NCBI GenBank assembly: GCA_016872515.1
Contig: VGZR01000002.1
Location: 1,136-65,135, forward strand
Reading direction: 5' to 3'
Length of the DNA stretch: 64,000 nt
From: SAR202 cluster bacterium
GTDB taxonomy: Bacteria > Chloroflexota > Dehalococcoidia > Lucifugimonadales > VGZR01
Below the pieces are notes generated by a model. The model made no database searches, was not told the DNA's origin, and was given only the letters and a program-made list of their open reading frames with translations. Made by a program: the position numbers and the translations under genes. Positions 48,371-62,089 of the stretch are shown piece after piece (position 1 is the first letter of the stretch; every line of letters begins with the position of its first letter).

Positions 48371-48832
48371 TCATCGCCCTGCCCGGACCATCGGCTCCAG
48401 GACGCGCACGAACGCGGCAAGCCGCTGCGACACCACGAGCAGCAGGTCCTCGTCCAGCGCCTCCATCCGCAGGTGCTCGTGGACGCGGGTCCATGAGGCC
48501 GTCCACTGCTCCAGCTCCACGGTCGGGCCTAGACTATCCACGATCTCCTCCGCGTGCCGCGACAGCGCCGCCAGTTGGCGCGCGTTGGCGTCGGGAGCGC
48601 CCTCGAAGTGCAACCCGACCTCCACCAGCCCGGCTCGCCGTTGCAGCCACACCTCGTAGTGGACCGCAGGGTCGCCGTAGTGCAGCTTGACGAGGGAGAA
48701 GACGGGCCCGACCACCTGGACGTCCCGCAGGCCGTCTGGGAGCTGCATCTGCGTCAGCTCCACGACCTCCGCGAGGAAGTCGCGCGACTTGAGCGCGGCG
48801 GGCTTGCGGCCTGTCTGGATCCGGCTTGGCAT
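48371..48832 (-). CDS. hypothetical protein (153 aa)
   Basis: GC3-rich ORF with no overlapping better candidate. The segment VEVGLHFEG...NARQLAALSRHAEEIVDSLGPTVELEQW weakly recalls DUF4268-type modules. Not confidently assigned. Confidence 0.45.
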   Translation of the reverse strand: MPSRIQTGRKPAALKSRDFLAEVVELTQMQLPDGLRDVQVVGPVFSLVKLHYGDPAVHYEVWLQRRAGLVEVGLHFEGAPDANARQLAALSRHAEEIVDSLGPTVELEQWTASWTRVHEHLRMEALDEDLLLVVSQRLAAFVRVLEPMVRAGR

Positions 48833-49032
48833 GAGGCAATCTTAGCGTGTGGACACCAGCCTTGCCAGCCTCAGTAAACGTCAATACTTGACACAGAGCG
48901 GTGGGGGCCATAGGCTGACAAGGTAGCTGATCCTGCGGCCGCCGACGGGACTCGCCGACTGGCATGTGTGCTCGGGGCGCCCATTCAAGAAGCAGCCCTT
49001 CCTAACCAAGCCACGCGCCTGGAGTCATACGA

Positions 49033-51330
49033 ATGCAGCATGCGAGGCCAGCCGTACGCTGGTTTCAGGATATTGGCAAAGAAGACGTCGCTGGGCGCCG
49101 CCTGAAGCGGCCTTCGCCTGCGATGGTCCGCGAGGCGGGCGGCAAGGGCGCCAACTTGGCCGAGATGGTCAGGGCGAATATCGTCGTCCCACCCGGCTTC
49201 GTCGTCACCACCGACAGCTACTTCGAGTTCCTCGATGCCGCTTCCCTCAGGCCCACGATGGAGGCCGCCTTGTCCGGCCTCAACGTCTCCAGCTCCGCCG
49301 AACTCGACAAGGTTGCCTGCCAGATCAAGCAGGCGATAGAGGCCTCGCCCGTCCCCCTCGGCATCGTTGAGGAGATACGGCGGGCCTACCGGGAGATGGA
49401 GGCGGGCCCTGTGGCCGTGCGCTCCTCGGCCACGGCGGAGGACATGCCCGAGGCGTCCTTCGCGGGCCAGCAGAGCACCTTTCTGAACATCGAGGGCGAG
49501 GAAGAGGTCGTCAGGACCGTCCGGGCGTGCTGGGCCAGCCTGTTCGAGCCACGCGCCATCTTCTACCGCACCGAGAACAAGATAGACCACATCTCCACCG
49601 GCATCGCCGTGGTCGTCCAACGGATGGTCCAATCCGAGGTCTCGGGCGTCATGTTCACCGTGGAGCCGGTCACCAACGACCCTTCGCGGCTGTGCATAGA
49701 CGCCATCTACGGCCTCGGCGAGGCGGTAGTCTCTGGCCAGGTGACCCCGGACTCGTACGTGGTGGACGAGGGCGCGGGCAAGGTGCTGTCCACCGTCGTG
49801 GTGCCGCAGGACTGGCAGCTCATCCGCAACTCCGACGAAAAGACCAACCGGACGCGAGCCAACTTTCGGTCCGACGTGCCCCGGGAGAAGCGTGGCCGCC
49901 AGAAGCTGACCGAGGCGCAAATCATCGCCCTGGCCAATCTTGGCAAGCGGCTGGAGAAGCACTACGGCCACCCCCAGGACATCGAGTGGGCGATGGAGAG
50001 GGGCAACTTCTACATCCTCCAGACCCGCCCGGTGACCACCTACGGCCAGGCGACCCACGTCGCCATGAAGACGGGCGTGTTGGGCACGGTCATCCTGTCG
50101 GGGACGGGCGCCAGCCCTGGCATAGGCTCCGGCGCCACCGTCGTGGTGCGCAGCCCGTCCGAACTGGACAAGGTGAAAATGGGCGACGTGCTGGTGGCCG
50201 AGATGACGACGCCGGACTTCGTGCCCGCCATGAAGCGGGCGGCCGCCATCATCACCGACCGCGGAGGACGCACCTGCCACGCCGCCATCGTCAGCCGCGA
50301 GATGGGCGTGCCCTGCATCGTCGGCGCGGGCAAGGCAACACACCTCCTGAAGAAGAGCCAGACCGTGACGGTGGACGGCACCGCGGGCTACGTGTACGAG
50401 GGCGTGGTCGAGGTGAAGCCTGTCCAGGCCGCCAAGACGCGCTACAAGAAGACCCGCACCAAGGTCTATGTCAACCTCGCCGACCCCGCGCTGGCGCAAG
50501 AGGTGGCCGCCAAGAACGTGGACGGCGTCGGCCTGCTCAGGGCCGAGTTCATCATCGCCCACATCGGCGAGCACCCCCGCCACATGCTGGAAGAGGGCAG
50601 GGGCCACGAGTTCACGCGCAAGCTCGCCGCCAGCATCCAGCAGTTCGCCTGGGCCTTCCACCCGCGCCCGGTGGTGTACCGCACCTCCGACTTCAAGACC
50701 AACGAGTACCGCAACCTCACCGGCGGCGAGAAGTACGAGGACATCGAAGAGAACCCGATGCTGGGCTTCCGTGGCTGCTCCCGCTACCTGGCCGACCGCG
50801 ACGTCTTCCGCCTCGAGGCCGAGGCCATCGCGAAGGTGCGCCAGGAGTGGGACAACCTGTACGTCATGCTGCCCTTCGTGCGCACGCCCGACGAGCTGGC
50901 CAGGGTCAAGGGCCTCCTCAAGGCCGAGGGCGCGGGCGTCCATAAGCTGTGGATGATGGCCGAGGTGCCCTCCAACGTCATCCTGCTGGAGGAGTTCCTC
51001 AAGGTCGGCGTGGACGGCATCTCCATCGGCTCCAACGACCTGACCCAGCTCGTCCTGGGCGTGGACCGCGACAACGCCAAGTACGCCGACCTGTTCGACG
51101 AGCGCAACCCGGCCGTCATGTGGTGCGTTGAGCGCATCATCACCACGGCCCTTGGCCGGGGCATCACCTCGTCCATCTGTGGACAGGGCCCCTCGTTCTA
51201 CCCCGACATGACCGCCAAGCTCGTCACCAGGGGCATCACCTCGGTCTCCGTCAGCCCCGACATGGTGGACCGCACCCGCGACATCGTCGGCGAGGTCGAG
51301 GAACGCCTGGGCATCCTGCCGCAGCAGTAG
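49033..51330 (+). CDS. ppsA: phosphoenolpyruvate synthase (pyruvate, water dikinase)
   Basis: VRWFQDIGKEDV...GGKGANLAEM N-terminus, phospho-His loop TDRGGRTCHAAIVSREMGVPCIVG, and a C-terminal PEP-utilising TIM barrel (GISIGSNDLTQL). Confidence 0.9.
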   Translation: MQHARPAVRWFQDIGKEDVAGRRLKRPSPAMVREAGGKGANLAEMVRANIVVPPGFVVTTDSYFEFLDAASLRPTMEAALSGLNVSSSAELDKVACQIKQAIEASPVPLGIVEEIRRAYREMEAGPVAVRSSATAEDMPEASFAGQQSTFLNIEGEEEVVRTVRACWASLFEPRAIFYRTENKIDHISTGIAVVVQRMVQSEVSGVMFTVEPVTNDPSRLCIDAIYGLGEAVVSGQVTPDSYVVDEGAGKVLSTVVVPQDWQLIRNSDEKTNRTRANFRSDVPREKRGRQKLTEAQIIALANLGKRLEKHYGHPQDIEWAMERGNFYILQTRPVTTYGQATHVAMKTGVLGTVILSGTGASPGIGSGATVVVRSPSELDKVKMGDVLVAEMTTPDFVPAMKRAAAIITDRGGRTCHAAIVSREMGVPCIVGAGKATHLLKKSQTVTVDGTAGYVYEGVVEVKPVQAAKTRYKKTRTKVYVNLADPALAQEVAAKNVDGVGLLRAEFIIAHIGEHPRHMLEEGRGHEFTRKLAASIQQFAWAFHPRPVVYRTSDFKTNEYRNLTGGEKYEDIEENPMLGFRGCSRYLADRDVFRLEAEAIAKVRQEWDNLYVMLPFVRTPDELARVKGLLKAEGAGVHKLWMMAEVPSNVILLEEFLKVGVDGISIGSNDLTQLVLGVDRDNAKYADLFDERNPAVMWCVERIITTALGRGITSSICGQGPSFYPDMTAKLVTRGITSVSVSPDMVDRTRDIVGEVEERLGILPQQ

Positions 51331-51357
51331 CCCCCCGGCATTGGCAAGCCTTCCTGC

Positions 51358-52296
51358 CTACCGGCCGAAGGTGGCGTCCGTCCGGTGCTGCTTCACGAAC
51401 CGCTCGGCCTGGTCCACGATGTCCACGCCCACCTGCTCGCTCCAGGCCGCCAGGAGCTGCTGCGTGATGGGGCCGGGCTTGCCGTCGCCGATGGCGCGCT
51501 TGTCCACCTTGGTCACGGGCAGGACGGAGAAGGGTGTGCTGGAGAAGAAGGCCTCGTCCGCAGTGTACAGGTCGTAAGGCTGCAGCGCCTCCTCGGAGAC
51601 GGTGAGGCCGAGCTGCTTGGCGACCTTGAACACCGCCATACGGGACACGCCCTGGAGGATGTCGCTGTCGCCGGGGGTGCGGATGACCCCGTTGCTGACC
51701 AGGAAGAGGTTGTAGCCGACGCCCTCGGTCAGGTTGCCCGACGTGTCGGTCAGCACGGGCCAGCCCTTGGGATCTATGTCGCCCGCCTCCAGCTCGGCCA
51801 GGTTGAAGTTCATCCGGCTGTGGTGCTTGATCTTGGGGTCCACCATCTGCGGCGAGTAGCTGCGCGTGCGGGCGATGACGGCGTGGGCGCCGGGCTTGTA
51901 GAAGTCGGCGAACCAGGCCCAGGGGTTCGTGCCGACCTCGATGATGACGGTGGCCGGCCCCGCGCTGTGCGCCCAGCGGCCCGGCCCGCGGGTGATGGCG
52001 TGCCAGATGAAGAAGTCGCCCGCCTGCTTGAGCATGTGCTGGTTGCGCTTCAGCGCGTCCTCGGTGACGTCAGTCATCTCCTGCGCCGACATCCCCACGT
52101 CTATCCGTGCGTACTTCATCGAGCGGTAGAGCCGGTCCACGTGCTCCTTGAGCATGAAACTCTTGCCGTTGAACGTCCGCGTCACGTCGAAGACCGTGTC
52201 GCCGACGCGGAAGCCCCGGTCCGACACGTCCACCTTCAGCTCCGACCTGGGGATCCACTTGCCACTGAGATAGGCCACGTACCCTTGCTGCGTCAT
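51358..52296 (-). CDS. class IV aminotransferase (branched-chain / D-amino-acid aminotransferase family)
   Basis: 312 aa: DRGFRVGDTVFDVTRTFNGK.F.L.EHVDRLYRS and the ...EGVGYNLFLV... segment, typical of fold-type IV PLP enzymes. Confidence 0.8.
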   Translation of the reverse strand: MTQQGYVAYLSGKWIPRSELKVDVSDRGFRVGDTVFDVTRTFNGKSFMLKEHVDRLYRSMKYARIDVGMSAQEMTDVTEDALKRNQHMLKQAGDFFIWHAITRGPGRWAHSAGPATVIIEVGTNPWAWFADFYKPGAHAVIARTRSYSPQMVDPKIKHHSRMNFNLAELEAGDIDPKGWPVLTDTSGNLTEGVGYNLFLVSNGVIRTPGDSDILQGVSRMAVFKVAKQLGLTVSEEALQPYDLYTADEAFFSSTPFSVLPVTKVDKRAIGDGKPGPITQQLLAAWSEQVGVDIVDQAERFVKQHRTDATFGR

Positions 52297-52554
52297 GCTC
52301 GCCTCCTCGTAGTGCGCTCTGCTACCAGGCTGCCGCTCTTGGCAGTGATTCTATACCGCCTCTGTGGTAAGTTGCCAGCGCACGGCCCTCACACGTAATG
52401 GCGGCCCCGCGTGGCCGCCCAGGGCGCCCACATAGGGGCACCCCTGCATTCGCCAGGCTCCGCTCCGGCACGATGTCGCCAGTCCTGGTGGACCGGAGTA
52501 CCGTGGCGGTGAAGGGCCGTCATCACGGAAGCGAGGAGCATCTAGGAGGTAGGC

Positions 52555-54504
52555 ATGGAGAAACAGACCGCGCCGCATGGCTCGTGGAGGTCGCCCATCA
52601 CGACCGACCTCATCGTGCAGGGCACCGTCGGCCTGAGCCAGGTGTCGCTGGACGGCGAGGACGTGTACTGGGTCGAGTCGCGGCCTGCGGAGAAGGGCCG
52701 GGCCGTCATCGTGCGCCGCACGTCCGACGGCAGGACGGCTGACGTGAACCCGCCCCCGTACAACGCCCGCACGCGCGTCCACGAATACGGCGGCGGCGCG
52801 TACCTGGTGGCCGATGGCGTGCTGTACTTCTCTAACTTCGCCGACCAGCGCCTCTACCGCGCAGCATCTGGCTCGTCCTCTCAACCGCTGACCCATCCGA
52901 CAGGCTCAGGGCAGGCCCCCGAAGGCAACGTCCGCTACGCCGACGCCGTCCTCGACAGCCGCAGGCGCCGCCTCATCTGCGTCCGCGAAGACCACTCCAA
53001 CTCGTCCCGCGAGGCGGCGAACACCATCGCCGCCGTGTCCCTTGACAGTGGCGCCAGCACCGTTCTGGTCTCGGGCCGTGACTTCTACTCCAACCCGCGC
53101 CTCAGCCCGGACGGGTCGCGGCTGGCATGGCTCCAGTGGGACCACCCCAACATGCCCTGGGACGGCTGCGAGCTGTGGATGGCCGAGGTGCGTGGCGACG
53201 GCTCGCTGGGCCAGCGCGCGCTCGTGGCGGGCGGCAAGGACGAGGCCCTCTTCCAGCCGGAGTGGTCGCCTGACGGCACGCTCTACTTCGTCTCCGACCG
53301 CACGGGCTGGTGGGTTCCGTACCTCTGGAATGGGAAGGTGTCAGTGCCTTTGGCATCCATGGAGGCCGAGTTCGCCACGCCCCAGTGGCTGTTCGGGATG
53401 CGCACCTACGCCTTCGAGTCGGCACGCCGTATCGTCTGCGCCTACAACCAGCGGGGACGGTGGCACCTGGCCTCCCTGGACACGGTCACCAGGCGTCTCA
53501 CGCCCTTCGACCTGCCCTTCACCGAGTTCTCCGGCATCCGCGCGTCGCCCGGCCAGGCGGTCTTCATCGCCGCATCGCCGGCGCACCCGTCGTCGGTCGT
53601 CCGCCTCGACCTGTCCACCGGATGGCATGAGGTCTTGCGACGTTCCTCGGAAGTGTCTCTCGACTCAGGCTACCTGTCCGAGCCGCAGGCCCTCGAGTTC
53701 CCTACCGAGGGAGGGAAGACTGCCCACGCCCTCTACTACCCGCCCAAGAACAAGGACTTCACCGCGCCCGAGGGCGAGCGGCCTCCGCTGCTGGTCAAGA
53801 GCCACGGCGGGCCGACGGGCGCCGTCTCCAGCAGCCTGAGCCTCACCATCCAGTACTGGACGAGCCGCGGCTTCGCGGTGCTGGACGTGAACTACGGCGG
53901 CAGCACGGGCTACGGCACGGCGTACCGCAGGCGGCTGGATGGCCTGTGGGGCATCGTGGACGTGGACGACTGCGTGAACGCTGCGCGGTATCTGGTGGAG
54001 CGCGGCCTGGCCGACAGCGAACGGCTGTGCATAGACGGCGGCAGCGCCGGAGGCTACACGACGCTGTCCTGCCTGACCTTCCGCGACACCTTCAAGGCAG
54101 GCGCCAGCTTCTACGGCGTCAGCGACTTGGAGGCCCTGGCCCGCGACACCCACAAGTTCGAGTCGCGCTACCTCGACCGGCTCGTCGGGCCGTACCCGGC
54201 GCGGCGCGACCTGTACACCCAGCGCTCCCCCATCCACTTCGTGGACCGGCTCAACTGCCCGGTCATCCTCTTCCAGGGCCTGGAGGACAAGGTGGTCCCG
54301 CCCAACCAGGCCGAGATGATGGTGAATGCTCTGCGCCGCAAGGGGCTGCCCGTCGCCTACGTCGCCTTCGAGGGCGAGCAGCACGGCTTCCGCAAGGCCG
54401 ACAGCATCAAACGCACCCTCGACGGCGAACTCTACTTCTACTCGCGCATCTTCGGCTTCGCCCTCGCCGACCCCGTCGAGCCGGTGAAGATAGAGAACCT
54501 ATAG
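52555..54504 (+). CDS. S9-family serine peptidase (prolyl oligopeptidase / acylaminoacyl-peptidase type)
   Basis: N-terminal beta-propeller region, nucleophile elbow [11 protein letters not shown], and C-terminal ...[10 protein letters not shown]...FEGEQHGF (Asp/His). AGGAGG SD before the ATG. Confidence 0.85.
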   Translation: MEKQTAPHGSWRSPITTDLIVQGTVGLSQVSLDGEDVYWVESRPAEKGRAVIVRRTSDGRTADVNPPPYNARTRVHEYGGGAYLVADGVLYFSNFADQRLYRAASGSSSQPLTHPTGSGQAPEGNVRYADAVLDSRRRRLICVREDHSNSSREAANTIAAVSLDSGASTVLVSGRDFYSNPRLSPDGSRLAWLQWDHPNMPWDGCELWMAEVRGDGSLGQRALVAGGKDEALFQPEWSPDGTLYFVSDRTGWWVPYLWNGKVSVPLASMEAEFATPQWLFGMRTYAFESARRIVCAYNQRGRWHLASLDTVTRRLTPFDLPFTEFSGIRASPGQAVFIAASPAHPSSVVRLDLSTGWHEVLRRSSEVSLDSGYLSEPQALEFPTEGGKTAHALYYPPKNKDFTAPEGERPPLLVKSHGGPTGAVSSSLSLTIQYWTSRGFAVLDVNYGGSTGYGTAYRRRLDGLWGIVDVDDCVNAARYLVERGLADSERLCIDGGSAGGYTTLSCLTFRDTFKAGASFYGVSDLEALARDTHKFESRYLDRLVGPYPARRDLYTQRSPIHFVDRLNCPVILFQGLEDKVVPPNQAEMMVNALRRKGLPVAYVAFEGEQHGFRKADSIKRTLDGELYFYSRIFGFALADPVEPVKIENL

Positions 54505-54513
54505 GGCTAGAGA

Positions 54514-54579
54514 TTCTTTGGGAAGGCGGCGGGAACCCTTTCTTGGGCATGAAAGGGTTCCCGCCGCCTTCCCAAAGAA
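54514..54579. repeat. perfect 29-bp inverted repeat with 8-nt loop
   Basis: TTCTTTGGGAAGGCGGCGGGAACCCTTTC (54514-54542), ttgggcat, GAAAGGGTTCCCGCCGCCTTCCCAAAGAA (54551-54579). Checked base by base. It begins 10 nt after the S9 peptidase stop, and no U-tract follows on either strand. Confidence 0.9.
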
Positions 54580-54642
54580 CTTCAGAGCAATCTCGGGATG
54601 ACGCAGCCGGTCGTCTGCTAAACTACGGATACTTGAGGTGCT

Positions 54643-54852
54643 GTGATGAAAGAGGCTGCCATCGCCGTTCAAGTTGAAGAACTGCCAGGGGGCGGCTTTC
54701 TTGCCACAAGCGACGAATTGCCGGGTCTCGTAGCCCAGGGACGCACGCTGGCCGAAACGCTGGAAATCGCTCAGGACGTGGCACGCAAACTGGTCGAGTC
54801 CTACATTGAGCACGGGAGCCCGCTGCCCACCGACCGAGCCAGAGGGCTTTGA
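54643..54852 (+). CDS. HicB-like (UPF0150) antitoxin-family protein, orphan
   Basis: 69 aa: AIAVQVEELPGGGFLATSDELPGLVAQGRTLAETLEIAQDVARKLVESYIEHG. No hicA-like ORF on either side. Confidence 0.65.
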   Translation: MMKEAAIAVQVEELPGGGFLATSDELPGLVAQGRTLAETLEIAQDVARKLVESYIEHGSPLPTDRARGL

Positions 54853-54863
54853 ATCTCAAGATG

Positions 54864-55892
54864 CTAGTTTGTAGTTAGTGCAAAACTTCCTATGAGTTCC
54901 TCTACTAACGGGCGGAGGCGCCCTTCCTGAGTTTCCTCGATGATTGCAGTCAGCTCGTAGTAATTACCTCTTGCAACTGCAGTCACTACTAGAAATATCC
55001 CTTCAGCACCGTCGTTGAACTCTAGCGACCCCTCCAAGAGAGTAGCTTGAGACGCACCCTTGACAACAGTGGGTGTGCGTTGCTCGACCCTTACGTTCTT
55101 GTACGCTACCTGAACTAGCTCAAGAGCCTCCCCAATTTTTCCTGGGTCCCGCCCTATGGTAATGGAGACAATAAACGACTGGCTATCCTCCGGATCGGAG
55201 ATTGTGAAAAGTGTCTCCCCCAACGAGCCTACCAGCCAACGTCGGGGGTAACGGAATGAGAATTCAGACTGTGGTGAGGCGAATATAGCAAAATCCTGGT
55301 CATCTTCTAAGTTCGATGGCAGAACGAAGTTATCAGTCTCAATTTTCAGTGAGTCCCAAAGCATCCCTATGGTTTGTCTGTTGGCAGTCGTCAGTTCGCC
55401 AGCTACGTTGAGCGCTAACAGGGAAAACCCCGACTTGACCAAGAAGAACACCTGCTCAATTTCAAACTCGAGACTCTTGGAAGTACCCTCAAGCCTAAGT
55501 CCACGCCAGGAATCTTTGCTAACTGGCACACTGCTCTTCTCGCGAAAGCCGGTTCTTTGGAGTTGAGCAGCGTAATCGGCTACTGTCTGAGAGGTCATCG
55601 GATTGGCTATTAACACAACGCGTAACGAATCACCATCTATCTGAACGCCTGACGTAATCGGGTCATCAACGAGAATTTTCCAGTCCGAAGGGTAACGAAA
55701 TGAAAGACCTAGAGAAGGGTTGTCATAGTCACTCCAACTAGCTGCCGGGAGGGGAGTGGTGTCACTTCCAATCTCGGTAGCCGCCTTAGCACACGCAACG
55801 GACGTGATTCCAGTTATCAGCCACAGTGCCGTGAGGATTGTGCCAGCAGTGATTAGTACAGATTTAGTGTGAGGCCAAGTACTGAATTGCAA
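54864..55892 (-). CDS. putative secreted/lipo-protein with two tandem PsbP/DcrB-like (DUF1795-like) domains; low-GC gene
   Basis: - N-terminal hydrophobic helix ending ...ITSVAC (lipobox-like Cys).
- Internal duplication marked by LSFRYPSDWKILV (about aa 63) and FSFRYPRRWLVGS (about aa 212).
- Visibly AT-richer than its neighbours. Confidence 0.5.
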   Translation of the reverse strand: MQFSTWPHTKSVLITAGTILTALWLITGITSVACAKAATEIGSDTTPLPAASWSDYDNPSLGLSFRYPSDWKILVDDPITSGVQIDGDSLRVVLIANPMTSQTVADYAAQLQRTGFREKSSVPVSKDSWRGLRLEGTSKSLEFEIEQVFFLVKSGFSLLALNVAGELTTANRQTIGMLWDSLKIETDNFVLPSNLEDDQDFAIFASPQSEFSFRYPRRWLVGSLGETLFTISDPEDSQSFIVSITIGRDPGKIGEALELVQVAYKNVRVEQRTPTVVKGASQATLLEGSLEFNDGAEGIFLVVTAVARGNYYELTAIIEETQEGRLRPLVEELIGSFALTTN

Positions 55893-55929
55893 CGAGGTTC
55901 TCCCCTATTGCCTCTCCCTTGCTGTCTAG

Positions 55930-59246
<3,317 letters not shown>

Positions 59247-59250
<4 letters not shown>

Positions 59251-60002
59251 GTGGTGGCTGCCCTCTCTTGCTTGTTTGAGGTGAGTCTTAGATACTCCAC
59301 CAGCTTGTCGGGGAAATCGAGGATGATGCCGTCCGCGCCGACGGCAACCAGGCGCCGCATCTCAGCCTCGTTCTGCACGTCCCACGCGACCACGGCCAGG
59401 CCCTGCTCTCGCAGGTGGCGAATGCTGTCCGCCGCAAGGGAAGCACCACGGGCATAGAAGGCCCGGATGCCCTTCGCCACTGCCCGACGCGCGTCGGCCT
59501 CATCCGCCCGCTGCACCAGGAGCCCAGCCGGAATCTCCGGCGCATACTCGCGGAGGTGTTCGATAAGTCCGCGGTGGAACGAGATGACGGTGACGGACTC
59601 CGCCATGCCGTGGCTGCGCACCAGGTCGGCTACCCGCCCGGCAACAGCTTGGATCTTCGGCTTCAGCTCGATGTGCAGGTGCAGCCGCCCCCTGTACCGC
59701 TCCAACACCTCGTCTAGGGTTGGGATGCGCTGACCCGCGAACTCCGCCGAAAACCACGTCCCCGCATCCAGCGCCTTGAGCTGCGCCAGTGTCAGCGACG
59801 CCACCGCGCCAGCGCCGCCCGTGGTTCGGTCAACGGTGGCATCGTGGATGACGACGACCTGCCCATCGCGGCTCAGGTGCACGTCCAACTCGGCCTCGTG
59901 GGCGCCCAGGGCGAGCGCCTTGTCGAAGGCCGCGAACGTGTTCTCCGGCGCGTACGCCGACGCACCCCGGTGGGCGACGACTCTTACCCTTTCTGGCAAC
60001 AT
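59247..60002 (-). CDS. glycerophosphodiester phosphodiesterase (GDPD/UgpQ family)
   Basis: [47 protein letters not shown]. The start is set at ATG 60002, and the stop overlaps the carB ATG (ATGA). Confidence 0.8.
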
Positions 60003-60021
60003 GTGAGCCGACACATCTAGC

Positions 60022-60408
60022 TTATGTTTGGGGACTATACAGCCGAAGACCAGGAACCTGCCGGATGTGATCGTCGAGGGTATAGACCTCATGGTCATGC
60101 TCGATGGCGATGGCCGCGATGAGCAGGTCAAGAAGTCCGAGCGTCAGGCCTCGCTGCCGCATCTGATACGCAAGCGCACCCGACATCACCCAGGTCTGCC
60201 GCGATTCCGCAACATAGGGCAAAGCGGCCCACTCATCGCGCAGGTCTTCGAATTCGTTAGTGCTCCGAGCTCCCTGGAGAAGCTCAGCCATTACTGGACC
60301 GACCATGACTAGTGATTCCTTGGCGAGCAGACTGTCCACTTCGATTTTTTCGAGAGAGTCTGCGGCCCTGAGGGCCTGGACCCAGACGGAGGTGTCTACG
60401 ACAACCAT
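60022..60408 (-). CDS. vapC: PIN-domain toxin VapC
   Basis: 128 aa: MVVVDTSVWV..., with later acidic residues (..AEL.., ..DLLIAAIA.., ..LDDH.) as in PIN domains. Confidence 0.8.
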   Translation of the reverse strand: MVVVDTSVWVQALRAADSLEKIEVDSLLAKESLVMVGPVMAELLQGARSTNEFEDLRDEWAALPYVAESRQTWVMSGALAYQMRQRGLTLGLLDLLIAAIAIEHDHEVYTLDDHIRQVPGLRLYSPQT

Positions 60409-60413
60409 AGGGC

Positions 60414-60617
60414 CTACCGGGGCTCCATGTGGCGAAGTTTGTACCAGCCATCGCCCAGGTCAATGCTCCCGAGCCGTGAGCGCAGCTTTTGGATGCGTTC
60501 GTGCCTTACAAACTCCTCCAAGGCCTTGTTCACTGCCTTAGTTTTCGTCTTCTCTCGAGTGAGCTTGAACACTTCCGCCAGCAGCCTTTCGTCCAGTTCT
60601 ATCGTGGTGCGCATCAA
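60414..60617 (-). CDS. vapB: VapB-type antitoxin
   Basis: 67 aa: MMRTTIELDERLLAEVFKLTREKTKTKAVNKALEEFV. This is the TIELDD.LL-type antitoxin family found next to VapC. It ends 5 nt upstream of vapC. Confidence 0.7.
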   Translation of the reverse strand: MMRTTIELDERLLAEVFKLTREKTKTKAVNKALEEFVRHERIQKLRSRLGSIDLGDGWYKLRHMEPR

Positions 60618-60633
60618 ACTACCCCATCACATA

Positions 60634-60652
60634 ATGATGTATAAATCATACA

Positions 60653-60656
<4 letters not shown>
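60634..60656. promoter_or_regulatory. AT-rich 9-bp inverted repeat upstream of vapB (candidate VapB operator/promoter), overlapping the carA stop codon
   Basis: ATGATGTAT (60634-60642), aaatc, ATACATCAT (60648-60656). It lies 17-39 nt upstream of the vapB ATG. The carA TGA is at 60655..60653. Confidence 0.45.
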
Positions 60657-61756
<1,100 letters not shown>

Positions 61757-62089
61757 CTACCGACATCCCTCGAACACGCCGCGCGGCGTCGCAGTCTCCG
61801 TGGCCTGCACCCAGGCCGATAGCATGTCCAGGTTCGCCTGCACGGTCGCGTCGGGCAGTGGCGCGTTGGAAGCCTTCTCCCACAGGCACTTCATATACAC
61901 GGGCAGTGACCCGGGGTAGTTCACGCCCTCGCGGTCCAGGGCCTTGTACAGCGCTGGCGCGCCGGTGCGGTCGCAATCCGTCCAGCCGACGCCCAGCGGG
62001 TCGTAATGGATGCGCCATCCGCCCGTCGTCTTCTCAACCTGCAGCTTCTGGCTCGTCCCCCACTTGCGCGCGTAGATGGAGATAATCAT
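61757..62089 (-). CDS. hypothetical protein (110 aa) embedded between pyrC and carA
   Basis: GC3-rich ORF. Its ATG overlaps the pyrC stop (ATGA), and its TAG (61759..61757) is immediately followed by the carA GTG (61756). No family recognised. Confidence 0.55.
   Translation of the reverse strand: MIISIYARKWGTSQKLQVEKTTGGWRIHYDPLGVGWTDCDRTGAPALYKALDREGVNYPGSLPVYMKCLWEKASNAPLPDATVQANLDMLSAWVQATETATPRGVFEGCR

Noticed and set aside
49033-49200. About 14 extra residues (AGRRLKRPSPAMVREA) between the conserved WF..I.KEDV and GGKGANL motifs of PpsA; considered as a compensated double frameshift
   Set aside because: Both alternative frames across this stretch contain a stop or nonsense and give no better match. 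I treat it as a genuine small insertion or lineage variation.
48985-50943. 652-aa ORF on the minus strand
   Set aside because: It is entirely antisense to ppsA, whose product has unmistakable family motifs. Its composition is Arg/Gly/Ala/His-rich junk, typical of stop-free antisense frames in high-GC DNA.
52297-52554. 258-nt GC-rich divergent spacer between the aminotransferase and S9 peptidase genes; considered as a riboswitch or leader
   Set aside because: Only short generic hairpins (for example GGCGGCC-N6-GGCCGCC) are present, with no recognisable riboswitch core and no terminator. The evidence is insufficient.
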